This document shows positions 14,047 through 29,034 of a stretch of DNA of 64,000 bases, one piece after another. The notes below the pieces were generated by a model, which was not told the origin of the DNA, made no database searches, and saw only the letters and a list, made by a program, of their open reading frames with translations. The stretch covers positions 44,206,001 through 44,270,000 of the forward strand of contig OX597815.1 in assembly GCA_951406725.2 (NCBI GenBank). The letters are read 5' to 3'. Source of the stretch: Octopus vulgaris. Taxonomy: Eukaryota. A program made the translations under genes and the position numbers. How positions within the stretch are numbered: position 1 is the first letter of the stretch; each line of letters begins with the position of its first letter.

Positions 14047-14192
14047 GACGCTCTTTCAGTTTCCGTCTACCAAATTCTCTCGCAAGGTTTTGGTCGACCC
14101 GATGTTGTAGTCCAAGGTGCCACGCAGTGAGACTAAACCCGGAACCATGTGGCTGGGAAGCAAACCTTTTACCACACAGACACGCCTGTGCC
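13755..14192 (-). mobile_element. SINE family B with internal (TA)n
   Basis: Reverse complement of the head (CCCGGAACCATGTGG..TTACCACACAG) and tail. Confidence 0.8.
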
Positions 14193-14239
14193 TAGATATT
14201 TCTGCGAAAATAATCCCTTATTGGCTTGTGGTTTTAATA

Positions 14240-15030
14240 TTGGTTTCAAATTTTGGCACAAAGCCAACAAGTTCAGGGAGGCAGGTAAATATATTGCATC
14301 TACACCAGTGCTCGATTTGTGCTTATTTTATCGACGCAGAAAGGATAAAAGGCGAAGTCGGCCTCTGCAAAATTTGAACTCAGAACACAAAGAAGGACGA
14401 AATGCCACTAGGCATTGTCTCTGGCGTTGCTAACGCTTCTACCACCTCTTAAGCACTTTGTCTAAATAAGAAGAAAACTCAAATGTATGAGAACACTTTA
14501 AATAGTTTTCATGGGTATTTCCCGCATTTTAAGAAAACATTGTCAACCTGAAAATATTTGATTATTTTAAAACTCTTTCAAAACTGAATTATTTGAAATT
14601 CAAGAAAATCTCAATTTTTAGATTCTGGCCTTCTTTCCTACAATATATTATTGGTTCCAAATTTTGGCACAAAGCCAGCAATTTCTCAAGAGGAAGTAAG
14701 TCGATTACATACTCAGTGCTCAACCGGTGCTTGTCTATCGATCTAGAAAGGATGAAAAGAAAAGTCGACCTCGGCGAAATTTGAACTCAAAACGTAAAGA
14801 TGGACGAAATACCTTAAACATTTTCCCCATGTGCTAACGATTCTACCAGTTCTTAAACGCTTTGTCTAAATAACAAGAAACTCAAATGCGTACATACCAC
14901 ATTCTACAAAAAAAAAAAGTCGACAAGAAAATATTTGATTCTTAGAAAACTTTTTCAATACTGGAATATTACGAATTTAACAGCATCTTAATACTCAGAA
15001 TCTCGTCTCCTTTCCAATAATATACTATTG
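14240..15030 (-). repeat. Old ~400-bp tandem duplication, each unit containing a SINE family A copy
   Basis: SINE plus flank TCTTAA..CTTTGTCTAAATAA..GAAACTCAAATG..AAATATTTGATT repeated at ~14240-14640 and ~14650-15030. Confidence 0.7.
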
Positions 15031-15896
15031 CTATGTATAAGCAACACCATTAGTAAAATGGCCACTTTGCTGTTACTTGAGGTCTCTGGAGGGACTTGGG
15101 ACAGCTCGATTAAAACAAAGCTACAGCGAAAACAAAAATAATAATGACGAAAGTAACTAGAATAAAAAAACTCACAGCTACTGTTATCAAGATTTTATTA
15201 CGTACAATAACCAATTTTGCTTTACATCCGCAATAAAATTGCGTTTATTGCGGATGTAAATAGTGGAATCCGGTTACAGACGTATTACATAATGCAGTCA
15301 TTGGCTGATGGAAAATCAGCACCAAGTAACTGCTAGTATTTTACTGTTGGTACATTTCTTATCTTTTCCAAACAAACAAACAAACAAACAAAACTGCCCA
15401 CTATTTTTATAGTATATCCGTCATGTGTGTGTCTGTGCCTCTCGGCCGGCGGGATTCAGATTTCAATTATATTATAAGACATACTTGATACAATATCGTG
15501 TATTATGTTGAAAGGAAACATGTAAAAGTTCAAGAAAGCAAATGGTTGAGAAGAAAAGACTGGCTGGCTCAATCGAGAGTGGAATTTCCTAGTGCTGGTA
15601 GGATGAATGAAGAAATGAATGAGTAATGATTGAGCAAATGTAAATCAAAGTGTACGCGCGAGTGTGTGTCTGTGTCGGCTCATGTGTGTTGCTCTGTGTT
15701 TGTTTATATGAACGTATTTGATGAGGCATTTTATTGAGCCAGTAACTATAACGACTTCACACTTTGTTACACAATATGTGTGTGTGTGCGTGCCATGTGA
15801 GTACGTATATGCGAGTGTTTGTGTGTGTGGAAAGTTGTTATATGTGTGTGTTTATATATATATATATATATGTGCGTGTGTGTGTGTGTGTATAGT

Positions 15897-15945
<49 letters not shown>

Positions 15946-16051
15946 ACATATAGATATATTATACATGCACTTACATATAAATACATACACATGCACACAT
16001 GTATATATTTTTACAAGATTTGTAGTTTTTCTACAAGACTGTACATACTTA

Positions 16052-17335
16052 CGAGGGGTATCAAAAGTAACTGGAAACGTTCTCTGTGGGACAAGCCCGT
16101 TGTAGTTCAGGCTCCCGCCACTAAAAGCCACTTGATGCGACCCTCAGGCCTCAGTTTGCCGACCGTTGTCGTCGAGTAATGTTGCACTGCCACGTTGTAC
16201 ATCTTTGTTTTGCAGTGTTTCTTCACTATTCGTCGATTTTTGCGATGGCTGAAACGAAGGGACAACGTTCTTCCGTGAAATTTTGTTTTCTGCTGGGGAA
16301 AACGAAGACCGGAACAGTTGCCATGCTTCAAGGACGCTGCTATGAGCAAAACACAAGAGTACGAATGGTCTTCACGCTTTAGAAACAGTCCCCTATCGCT
16401 TGAAGGCCAACCACGTTCAGGGTGACCGTCGACCTCCCGAACGAAGAAAACATCGCGAAAATTCCTGAACTGATCGCGGAGGAACATCGCTGAACAATTG
16501 CTGAACTTGTTGATATGGCTGCCAATAAATTTTGAGCAAGGAATTGTGAATGAAAAGAGTTGCAGCAACATTTGTGCCTCGCTTGCTTACGGAAGGCCAA
16601 AAGTAGTCACGACTGAATGCATGTCATGAGCTGAAACAACAGTTGGAAGTTGATCCGGACCTTTTTTCGAAGGTCATCACTAGTGACGAAAACTGATTCT
16701 ACGACTACGACCCGGAAACGAAGCAGCAATCAAGTCAATGAAAGTATTCAATGTCGCTACGCCCTCATGAAACACGTCAAGTGAAGTCTAATGTCAAGAC
16801 GATACTAGTTTGTTGCTTCGATGCGAAAGGAATTGTCCACACAGAATTTGTTCCATCTGGTCAAACTGTTAACCAAATATTTTACTTAGCAGTTCTGAAG
16901 TGTTTGTGAGACGAAAACGCCACGACTTGTGGCAAAGTGGAGAGTGGTGGTTTCGTGACGACAATGCGCCTGCACACACCGCCTTCAATGAGAGACAGTT
17001 TTCGACTAAAAATGGTATGACCCCACTTACCTACCCTCCTTATTAACCCGATCTTGTTCCCTGCAAGTTTTTTTCTTTTGTTCTGTCGAATGAAAAACAT
17101 CCTTAAAGGAAAACGTTTTGCAGATGTAGAAGAGGTGAAGAAAAAAAACGACGAAGGCGTTAAAAGGTATCTCTTCGCAAGAGTTCCAGGACTGCTTCGA
17201 ACGATGGAAAATGCGTCTGGACCGATGCATTGCTTCAAATGGAGAATACATTGAAAGCGATAAAAATGTAAACATGTAAAGCTATGTGAGTAAAATAATA
17301 TTGCAAAATTCCAATTTCTTTTGGGTACCCCCTCG
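16052..17335 (+). mobile_element. Full-length degenerate mariner element (irritans-like)
   Basis: TA-CGAGGGGTAtCAAAAG ... CTTTTGGGTACCCCCTCG-TA inverted termini, ~1.28 kb; MAETKGQRSSVKFCFLLGK, ITSDE..YDPETKQQS, DNAPAH and PPY*PDL motifs, with stops. Confidence 0.92.
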
Positions 17336-17608
17336 TATACACACACACACACACACATGCACATATATACACACAAATGCACAAAGAGAAAGAAAGAGAG
17401 AAGTGTATCATGTGGGCTGGGGTGTAAGCTTGATTGATATAAAGTCAGAAGAAAGAAACGATTGTCTGCGTAAACAACCCTTCCAACCCAAATACAATTC
17501 AAAATCATCATAAAAGTTCATGAGCCCAATATTCTGCCGTCCAGAGAGTGTCATTATTTCAAACAAGATTGTTCAACAGCTTAAAGAACGTAGAGAGTTC
17601 CTGGCCAT

Positions 17609-17609
<1 letters not shown>

Positions 17610-17669
<60 letters not shown>

Positions 17670-17674
17670 TACAC

Positions 17675-17731
<57 letters not shown>

Positions 17732-17985
17732 GTGTGTGTGTGTGTGTGTAGGTAAACAGAGAGATATATAGGTAAGTAGATAGATAGGTACATAGGTAAT
17801 GCGGACAGATAAGCACGCGGCCACACACACACACACACAAACACAAACACACAACATGCATACACTAACACATGAATTTTCAGAATACATACATACATAC
17901 ATACATACATGCATACATACATACATACATACATACATACATACATGCATGCATGCATACATACATACATACATACATACATACA

Positions 17986-18016
<31 letters not shown>

Positions 18017-18239
18017 GTGCATACACAAGAACACGTGCACGCTGACGCGCACAAACGGGCAAAAGGAACTCAGCTTCAATAACGGACGAAGTCAACATCC
18101 ATCGACGAAAATTTTCGAAGAATGAAAGAAATAATATAAATAACAAATTAGCAGAAATCGAATCGGTGAGTGTGTTAGATAATAAGGCATTATGACAATA
18201 AGACTCACCCCAGACACAGCAATATATGCATGCATACGT

Positions 18240-18312
<73 letters not shown>

Positions 18313-18325
18313 GACACACACACAT
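17610..18325. repeat. Microsatellite cluster (CA)n, (TA)n, (TACA)n
   Basis: Seen directly. Confidence 0.9.
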
Positions 18326-18639
18326 ATATATGAGATAAGTGCAGAAAAGAATTTTAAAGGTTCACAGCAGCTGTTTCTGAAGCATTTCATTATTGATTAC
18401 AGGGATTACATCAAGAAAAAAATCTTTTTTCTTCAAGTGAGTTGAAACTTATTAGATTCCGAGTGACGTGTTTTGTTAGGTTTCGTCCTAGAGAGTGAGA
18501 GATATGAAGAACAGTTGAAATTTAACAGGTCACTCGAAACTTCTCCTTCATAATGAATTCCAATTATCCACCTAGACCTAATGGACTCTAATTATCTGCT
18601 GTTCAGTTCGCAAACTTCGAGACACAACAGTGCAAATAT

Positions 18640-19110
18640 ATCTCGCAATTTAGTCAAAAGGATGTACCCAATTGTATCCAATAAAAATATCCGCGACACA
18701 TGACTTCAAGAGCATAAGGAAACTTTCCTTAACAGAATTATTCTACATCTTTAATCGATAATAGATTACAAAGAGTCAAGAAAATATATAAGCAGTTACT
18801 TTGACAATCACCAACAATCTTAAAACCATTGCAGCCTTCGACATTATATTTTAAAACATACCAACGTTGAAAAAAGACTCCCGCATGAACCAAATTATTT
18901 AAATACATACCATCATAACAAACAAAAGACAGCCAAAATCAATGTTTTAACTAAGTTTTAACAAAGGCCAAACTTCTCATAATAACATCGGAACCGAATG
19001 AAAACAAAAATGCAGAAAACCCAGCTGCAGTGTATGTCTAAATCTGTGAGAAAGATCAGAGCTTCGTTTCAAATAAGAGCAACACCTAAAACTAAAAATA
19101 AGTTTCCCTG
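18640..19110 (+). mobile_element. Highly decayed Penelope-like RT-thumb/linker fragment
   Basis: CATACCATCATAACAAACAAAAGACAGCCAAAATCA translates as HTIITNKRQPKS, matching HTIIKSKRQPKS of the 12.9-kb copy; followed by VLTKAKL. Confidence 0.6.
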
Positions 19111-19124
19111 TGCATGAAACCTAA

Positions 19125-19157
19125 TTTACTACTACTACTACTACTACTACTACAACT

Positions 19158-19191
<34 letters not shown>

Positions 19192-19466
19192 CTACTACTA
19201 CTACTACTACTACAACTTCTACTACAACTACTACTACTACTGTCGCTGCTGCTGTTGTTGCTGCGACTTCTAAAATCACCACTGCTTCAGTGGATACTAC
19301 TGCTACTTCCATTCTTCCAATTGAAGTACAGGAAAAAACTGCTGCCACTACAGCGACGGCCATTTCCACTTCTACCACTACAACTACTGTTAAAGCTGTA
19401 ATTATTACCTCTATGAATGAATCTGGTACAGCCACTATAACTACGACCACTACCATTGCTGCTTAG
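19125..19466 (+). repeat. (ACT/ACA)n trinucleotide repeat grading into a Thr-rich stop-free frame
   Basis: Frame reads TTTT..VAAAVVAATSKITTASVDTTATSILPIEVQEKTAATT..; no initiating ATG at its 5' end. Confidence 0.6.
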
Positions 19467-19919
19467 AATCCTGGAAGCAATGAACCTTATAAACTTATAT
19501 TTCAAAATACACTTCCACTGAAAATGGACTCTATCACGAATCAAATTTTTTAAATATAACCAATTATAAAAAGCAAAAATCCAAAATCAATGAAAAAGTA
19601 TTAACAAAGGATCAATAAACCATTACTACTGTTACTACATGAAGGAACAGTTGACCTCTCCCACTGCAAAAACTACGGTCACTTGGCCATGCTGCTACTA
19701 GTATGGCCAAGTTACCAGACAACCTCTAGAAGGAAACCAGCAACCACTACCATGTGGAATTTGTGAATTCCCATGGGAAATTTTGCTGTTCTGCTTAACA
19801 ATATTTTGCATGCATATGCTGTCAGGTAAATAATAGCTGTTACATACAACTTTTTCAGTTACCCGTCTTTCTATGTCCTGCAGCCAGACGCTCAACATTT
19901 TAGTTTGAAGTATTGCTCT

Positions 19920-20009
<90 letters not shown>

Positions 20010-20344
20010 ACTTATAAACAAGGGCAAAACTTGTTTATAAATTTAACCTTTAAAAGTATTTTTTTAATATGCTGGCCATTGATAAAAGTTTTTTTCGAAA
20101 GAAGTTTATCCTATATTATATATATATATATATTACAAAGATGTACTTGCATAGCAAGTGACTTGATCAGAGATCGTGTACTGAAACAAAAACAATTGCA
20201 GCGTGTAATATGTTTGTAGGTCGTTCAAGAACACGCAAAGACCGTCAGTTAAATTTCATTTGTCAAAATATTTTCGTCGCTCTTTAACGGCGACCTAACA
20301 AAACTTCACGCTGCATCTCTCTCTCTCAATATATATATGTATGT

Positions 20345-20582
20345 ATATATATCTATGTGTGTGTATCTTTGTGTCTGTGTTTTCCGCCCCCCTCACCACT
20401 TGATAACCGATGTTAGTGTACTTACGTCCCCGTAACTTAGCGATTAGACAAAAGAGATCGAAACAATAAGAATTAGGCTTCAAAAAAAAGTCCTAGGTCG
20501 AATTGTTCAACTAAAGCCTTTCAAGGCGGTGCTCCAGTATGGCCATAGTCGAATGACTGAAACAAGTAGAAGAGTAAAAGAG
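20345..20582 (+). mobile_element. SINE family B 3' part
   Basis: CCCCGTAACTTAGCG..GGCGGTGCTCCAGTATGGCC..TGACTGAAACAAGTA. Confidence 0.75.
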
Positions 20583-20777
20583 TATATATTTATATATTCC
20601 ACTTGCAAAGTGTTTACAGACTTCAGACTTATTTTTCTCATCACTGGCTTTTAATGATTATATAATAAAAGATAATTTTCATTTCACACGCTCCATTGTA
20701 TGAAAGTTACTTACTAAACAAATCTCGACTGAGTATCCGAAATTTGATACACGCTTATACACACACTCACACACACA

Positions 20778-20826
<49 letters not shown>

Positions 20827-20925
20827 ATTCACGCATGCACACACACACATACGCACAAATAAAATGGCGACAATTTACTCATCACACTTTGTATGTATAT
20901 TTTATATGTATATATATATATAGAT

Positions 20926-20982
<57 letters not shown>

Positions 20983-21852
20983 GTGGATGCGATGGGCAAA
21001 TTGTCGTCATTTTATACTTTTAATTTCGCGCATGTGCATTGTTTGTTTTTGATTTCATGGACTACACAGTATACTAGGGGCAGTTGGGCACCGTCTGTGA
21101 GAAAAACAGCACCATGTTACAATTCACCCAGCTAGAAATTTAGAAACTATATGCTATAATGCGTGACATTCGCGCTGGAAACTCTAGTACGAACATTTCA
21201 GTGTTTGGGTGTCAATCTGACGACATATACCGAGAGTGATAAAAATCAAACATCCAGTCAACATCATGGTGTTTGGAGTCATCAATAGTAATGGCAACCT
21301 TATGCGTCCATTTATCTTCCTAGACGGCCTCAGACTCAACACGAAGGCCTACATCAAATGCCTGGAAGAGGGAGTGCTGCTCTGGGTCAAGAATGTGGCT
21401 ACTAGAAAACCCTATATCTGGTAACAGCACTCTGTACCATGCCAGACATGCAGGGAACCCAGTCATGGCTGTCAGACAATTTCTCCGACCACGTCACACC
21501 CAACATATGGTGACCTAACTCCCCAATCTGCAACCCCCTTGATTATTATGTATGGGGCGCAGTTGAATGAGAGACCAGCAAAGCTCCTTATAGCACCAAA
21601 GATAAACTGAAGACAAGGATTATGGCAACATTGACTAACTTAAACAAGGAGACAGTCCAGAAGAGCTGCATGAGATTCCGAAGTCGTTTGGAGGTCGTGG
21701 ATGAAGCCACTGGCGATTTTATTGAATGAATTTACTATTTAATATTTCAAGATATCTTTATGTAATTTTGGTTAATATATCTGCTAAAATGAGATGTCGG
21801 TGTTATTTTCAGTTTTGCGTAATTTAGGCGACAATATATTCACTGCATCCTG
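20983..21852 (+). mobile_element. Internally deleted Tc1/mariner-superfamily element (maT/DD37D-like)
   Basis: KHPVNIMVFGVI..NTKAYIKCLE..W*PNSPICNPLDYYVWG; imperfect TIRs GGATGCGATGGGCAAATTGTCG and CGACAATATATTCACTGCATCCTG-TA. Confidence 0.8.
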
Positions 21853-21860
21853 TATGTATG

Positions 21861-22378
<518 letters not shown>

Positions 22379-22385
22379 ATACACA

Positions 22386-22475
<90 letters not shown>

Positions 22476-22961
22476 TATATTACATACACAAACATACATA
22501 GAGACGTGTGTAGACAGACAGAGTTATTGTAGGCAGGAAAAAAAGGAAGTAGATAGGAAAATTAACAGATAAAAACAAAGGAGAGTTAAACAATGATTAA
22601 AACAATTGCAGTTAATATTTTAAATGACAAGGCATCATATCAAGGTTAAATTAATGTGAAATGTTTCCTATCCCTTTTGATGTTAAACACGCACACATAT
22701 ACACACACAGACACACACAAATACATACATACATGCACACACACACACACACACACAGATATATATATATATATATATACACATACACACACAGTGTTAT
22801 TACTTAGCTTGTGCTGAGATAAAGATTAATGTAAACATACTGGCGCTTGTACATTTATTCGGTAGCGGTTTAGTGCAGTTTTTCATTATACATATATATT
22901 ATTTGAATTTTGGACTCAGACAGATAGCTACAGACTAACATCCTTTGCGCGTGCATGCGTG

Positions 22962-23264
<303 letters not shown>

Positions 23265-23290
23265 AATATATATATATATATGTATATATA

Positions 23291-23658
23291 GGCGTAAGAG
23301 TGGCTGTGTGGTAAGTAGCATGCTTACCAACCACATGGTTCGGGGTTCAGTCCCACTGAACCTGGAACCATATGGTTGGAACCTTGCGAGTGGATTTGGT
23401 AGACGGAAACTGAAAGAAACCCGTCGTATATATGTATATCTATATATGTATGTATGTGTGCGTTTGTGTGTCTGTGTTGACAACCGATGCTGGTGTGTTT
23501 ACGTCCCAGTAACCTAGCGGTTCGGCAAAACAGAACGATAGGATAAGTACTAGGCTTACAAAGAATAAATCCTGGGGTCGACTTGCTCGACTAAAGGCGG
23601 TGCTCCAGCATGGCCACTGTCAAATGACTGAAACAAGTAAGAGTTAGAGTAAAAGAGT
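23291..23658 (+). mobile_element. SINE family B, internally rearranged
   Basis: GGCGTAAGAGTGGCTGTGTGGTAAG head through ..TGACTGAAACAAGTAAGAG tail. Confidence 0.85.
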
Positions 23659-24669
23659 ATATATATATATATATATATTTATTTATTTATTTATTTATTT
23701 ATACACACATACATACATATGTGTGTGTCTGTGTGTAACATAAAGGGATAAGCATTTGATAAAACCCATACCTGACTCACCACATCGAATGATAGGAGAT
23801 ACGCCGAATTGTTTAAAATATGCTGTAAAACTGTACCTCAATCGATAATTAAATCCTGAGCACGCTTCACTGAATTTCATACAGCATACAAAATATATAA
23901 TCAAGACATAATAATGAAGAATGGGGAATTATACATCTTCAAAAATTCATTTATTTATAACAGTATTATTCTCATTATATTCCAATCTGAGACGTGTTTC
24001 TGCTGGGTAAGTGTTCTGATGTCCTTTGATTATATCAAAGAGCATTTGATGACATCAAAGGTATGTATGGACATTTCGTTGATTCAGTTGTAGTACAGGG
24101 TAATTGAGCATCCTTAATGTTAACAAAAGACAGGAAGGGTTAAGGGTAGGAAGTAAAGTACTTATAACAAGTATAAAGAATAATAATTGAAATAGTTTTA
24201 AAAGTATGTAAAAGTACATGTAGAAGATATAAATGAATTCAATAGGAAAGAGACAGCTGCAGATATAAAGATGAAGCCACCAGAAAGCATTGAACATCAG
24301 TGATCTCTATTTATGTTTAAAATAGCAAAAGACCAAACATAAAAGTTTATGGGGACTTGATTCTAATCACATTTTCTAACCACACCTCAAAATACTATAG
24401 CCTAATGAACTGTAGTGAAACTAAAACAATACTCGCACCAACATAGAAGTACATGTAAATAAACACTAACATACTAAAAATACACAACCACACTCACACA
24501 GCTGTATAGTCTTACACTCAATAATATTCGTATATAGCACACAGAGACAAACATCAGCACATACACATCCATACACACAAATATACTTTTATACTATACA
24601 AGTATACACTTATATTCACATAAACACACATATACATATATATGCATATATGCACACACACACACATGG

Positions 24670-24708
<39 letters not shown>

Positions 24709-25041
24709 CGTTAACATATTCCTCACTCAGATTTGTACACTTATTGCAGCGTCCTTCAGCTTTTCTACGATGTGTAAAAGAACGAGAGTTGGGTCTCGGG
24801 CTAGGCTTTTCGCAATACCCTTAAAACCAGGAACTTTTCAGCACCGCATCCTATAGATATTACATATAAATGAACATACACTCAGAACTATATAAACGTA
24901 AACACAATGCCTATTTAAAAATACAAATTTTAGATACGAGTATGCATCCATACAGTTATACAGATATGGATACATACATACATGCATACATGCATGCATA
25001 CATACATACATACATACATACATACATACATAGATACATAC

Positions 25042-25098
<57 letters not shown>

Positions 25099-25284
25099 CA
25101 TATATATGTACGCATACATGCATAATATACGTGCCTATTTCGAGTTCCACCATAGTAATTGATATGAAACAATATATCTTTATTTTAAATAACCATATCA
25201 AGCTAATTTTATTTAGCTCGGTCTTCCATACAAAAGTAAAGACCTTTCTTCGATCACAAATGACTACGGGATTGCGCTCGTGTA

Positions 25285-25373
<89 letters not shown>

Positions 25374-25810
25374 GGGCATAAGTGTATATGGTGATTGGTG
25401 TATGTATACGCATGCCTTAATATAGGTATGTAGATACGTGTATGTACGGGAAGGTATGTGTTTATGTACATGCGAGTGCATGTATGTGTGTATATAGGCA
25501 TATATACATAGGTTTGTGTGGGAGAGTGTATATGTGAGTCTGAGGGTGCATGTGTGTATGTATCCGACCACTGAATACTAAAGGTCAACCCAAGAGATTT
25601 TCATGTGTAGTGAACTATGAAGAACAGACCAGATATACAAACAAACAGAAGATCAATCTCATTTAAATGCCAGCCAGTACCATCTGCTACAATTCATTGC
25701 AGTCCAACAAGCACTATGGGTCTATCAGCCGCTACTATATTCAACCCACCACGAACAGAAAAAATGGCTTTGAAGTCGACGATTTTAAATTAACGGAGGC
25801 AACACTCGTA

Positions 25811-25919
25811 TATTGCTTGAGGAAACACAACTAAATCTCATTATGCAAACAAACAGTTGCATATTCAAATATATGTATTCTTAGAGAACAACGTTGCATC
25901 GAAACAGATGTAGCGAATA
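25811..25919 (+). ncRNA. Degenerate type I hammerhead ribozyme with a long stem II
   Basis: TATTGC-tTGAGGA-..CAAC....GTTG..-GAAA-CAGaTG-TA-GCGAATA. Confidence 0.45.
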
Positions 25920-25972
25920 ATAAATAAATGTTCACCCGTGCTCCTTCTTGACTCCAATTTCTTCAATTTTAC

Positions 25973-26031
<59 letters not shown>

Positions 26032-26344
26032 AGTGATATAGTTTGCAAAAAGCATTATCTGATATAGATCAATGATTTAAATTTTTTTTTAGCCAAAGCA
26101 ATGGGAGCTAACAGAAATAATATTACAAGTCGATGGCTTGTAGTATTACGTAATATTTCAGGTGAGTTCACACCACAATATCTCGGAAGATTCCTGAAGA
26201 AGAGTTCCTAATCCCGAACTATTCAATTATTGAAGGTAAAAGTACAAAGCATTGAATTGTATTATTTCTCATAACTCGCATTGTCTATGCTTAAAGAATA
26301 ATTAAAATATTATCAACAGGCCACACACACGTATGTGTGCGTGA

Positions 26345-26550
26345 CCTCGTGTGTACCGTTGGCGATTGTTTTCCTCTGTCTTCCCTTCTCTGGATCTTTC
26401 CTTCTCCTATGATTCCGACGAAGAGCTCCGCTCGAAACGTTAAACCCTCCTTCTTTCCTTCTTTCCTGAGCGTCCAATAATACTATATTTGTTCCCCGTC
26501 CTCGCGTTGTTGTGTTTTTTTTTTGTGCTTTCTTGTTTGGATTAACTAAC
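26345..26550 (+). mobile_element. Penelope pseudo-LTR fragment with a minimal hammerhead-like motif (26411-26445)
   Basis: GaTT-CcGACGAA-GAGC-TCC-GCTC-GAAA-CG-TT-AAAC in a pyrimidine-rich context, ending at (TA)n. Confidence 0.65.
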
Positions 26551-27440
26551 TATATATATATATTCATATTTATATAACACACGCACACATATACATATAT
26601 ATATATATACTTAAATACACATGCATGTACAGATGCGTGTATATTCGTGTGTGCGCATGGTGTGGATTATGTCTAATTTTGTATCCGTCCACTTATTCAT
26701 ATCTTTTGTTTATCTTTAATAGTGCAGGGAACAAATGCTAACCCAATAGCGGTCAGTGACTTACCAAATAGATATTCTTAACTTAGGCTGGGAAAACAGC
26801 CAATTGCTCATTCCCTTTTCACGTATTTTCTCATGATAAAACAACAATAACAACTAACTAACCCATTAGCGAGACAAAAGATTACAGAAAGATTAAAACT
26901 AAATTAAATTACAAAAAAATTCATAAAAACCAAGCAAATAAAGAAATAAATAGATAGATAATTAAGTAAAGCATAAAATAACCACGTAAATGAAAATATA
27001 TATAAAATTAAATAAATGATGTAAAATGAAAACTTCAAGGGTGGTAATAGAAGAAGAGAACAATATCAGTGACAATAATAAATTGTGATGCATCATAAGA
27101 AAGAAAAAAAAAATTGAATGTAAGCTTTGTATCTCATAGCGAAGGTGCCTTGGGAGAAATTAAATTTCTTCCCAAGATTTCACTTCTACTGCTTCCTTTA
27201 TCGCTTTTAATATCTATACGTTTTCACACGAGTTTATACAGTTTTTTATAAGCAGATTGCATTTATGGGTGTACAGTTTTAAACAACTGCCACGGCATTC
27301 AGGTTTGAGACAAACAATAGCTGTGCGTTGTGTACGGCTACAAGTTTACAGGTGAACGGTTGCACTAATACGGATGGCTGTCTACTACAAAATTACATTT
27401 AGCCTCTGCGTCTGCATATTTAAGCGGGAATGTATGTGCA

Positions 27441-27487
<47 letters not shown>

Positions 27488-27729
27488 GCACACACACATA
27501 TATATATCACCGTGATCACCAGGCTATCAGATGTTGCTACACATCGCTGGTCACAATACGCTTCGCACTGTTTTAGCCTTCAAATGACACCACTCCGCTG
27601 ATTAAGCGAGCAGGCAAACAGAAGAAAGAGTGAGAGAAAGTTGTGGCGAAAGACTACAGCAGAGATCGCCACCAGCCCCTGCTGGAGCCACGTAGAGCTT
27701 TTAGGTGTTTTCGCTCAAATATATATCTC

Positions 27730-28109
27730 TCTATATATAAACGGCAGTTTGTCTCTGTGTGTTTCTGTGTGTCTGTTAGGTTGTACCCTCACCCTGACCA
27801 CGGCTTTCAACCGATTCTGATGAAACTTGACACACACATAGCCCAAAGTCATAATTCAAAACTAACACAGCGAAAATTTTGAAAAGTTCCCCCAGTTCTG
27901 AAAAAAATCGATAAATTCGATATGGGGTCGAGAATCAGAAACACAAACCACAGACTGTCTAGGGGGCGCAACTCCACCTTTTTAACTCTCAAACAAAAAT
28001 TTACCATAATTTTTTTCCATTTTTTGGCTATTTTTTGGCTATAACTCTCTAAAAATGCTTTATAGTTATTTCCCTTACAAACCCGAGCAACGCCGGGCGA
28101 TACTGCTAG
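27730..28109 (+). mobile_element. Non-autonomous Helitron
   Basis: 5' TCTATATATAAA; 3' hairpin CCCGAGCAACGCCGGG followed by CTAG|T. Confidence 0.8.
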
Positions 28110-28469
28110 TATATATATATATGGGGGTGGAGTTATATCGAGTTATAATAAAGGAAATTCTGCATCAAACTGAAGAATTACTCAGTGCATTTTTTCTAGA
28201 GTATATGATAATACATTTTCACAAGCAGAGTGGTGACGGTAACTTCGAAGGTTCGACCACGTATTGCTTGCGTTGTTTCTGGTTCAGTCTCATTACACAG
28301 CACCTTGAACAAATGTTTTCCGTTATAACTGGGGTCAAGCAAAGGTTTGCTTTTGAATTTGTAGAAAATGTGTGGAAGCCGGTCTTAAGCGTCCCCGTAA
28401 CTAAGTAATCCGGTTGACGCATACATCCGTACACACATAGATATTTATACATATATATCTCTGTGTATG

Positions 28470-28535
<66 letters not shown>

Positions 28536-28542
28536 TGTGTGT

Positions 28543-28805
28543 GGAGGCGCAATGGCCCAGCGGTCGGAGGATCGCGGTTTCGATTCCCGGACCGGCGTTG
28601 TGTGTGTTTATTGAGCGAAAACACTTAAAAGCTCCACTTTAGGGAGTGGTGGCGACACCTGTTGTACTCTTTCGCCACAACTTTCTCTTCCTGTTTCTTT
28701 AGTGACGCTGCGATGGACTGGCATCCCATCCAGCTGGGGGGAACACATACGCCACAGAAATCGGGAAACCGGGCCCATGAGCTTGGCTAGGCTTGAAAAA
28801 GGCGA
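28543..28805 (+). mobile_element. tRNA-derived SINE family C (tail type 1)
   Basis: GGAGGCGCAATGGCCCAG head, GGTTTCGATTCCC B-box, CTGCGATGGACTGGCATCCCATCCAG segment. Confidence 0.75.
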
Positions 28806-28813
28806 CGTTTATC

Positions 28814-28850
<37 letters not shown>

Positions 28851-28941
28851 ATATAAATGTTAAGATAACAAAAGAAAGAAAGAGACCTCGATATTATGCA
28901 AATAGAAGAATTTATCTGTAAATATAATTGTCACATATTAC

Positions 28942-28988
<47 letters not shown>

Positions 28989-28996
28989 TACATACA

Positions 28997-29032
<36 letters not shown>

Positions 29033-29034
29033 TA

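Noticed and set aside
19114-19401. Signal-peptide-like polyL/polyQ ORF
   Set aside because: An alternative frame of the CTA/CAA trinucleotide repeat
20258-20310. Minus-strand GTCGC..GCGAC-GAAA-ATAT hairpin resembling half a hammerhead
   Set aside because: No CUGANGA core in this copy
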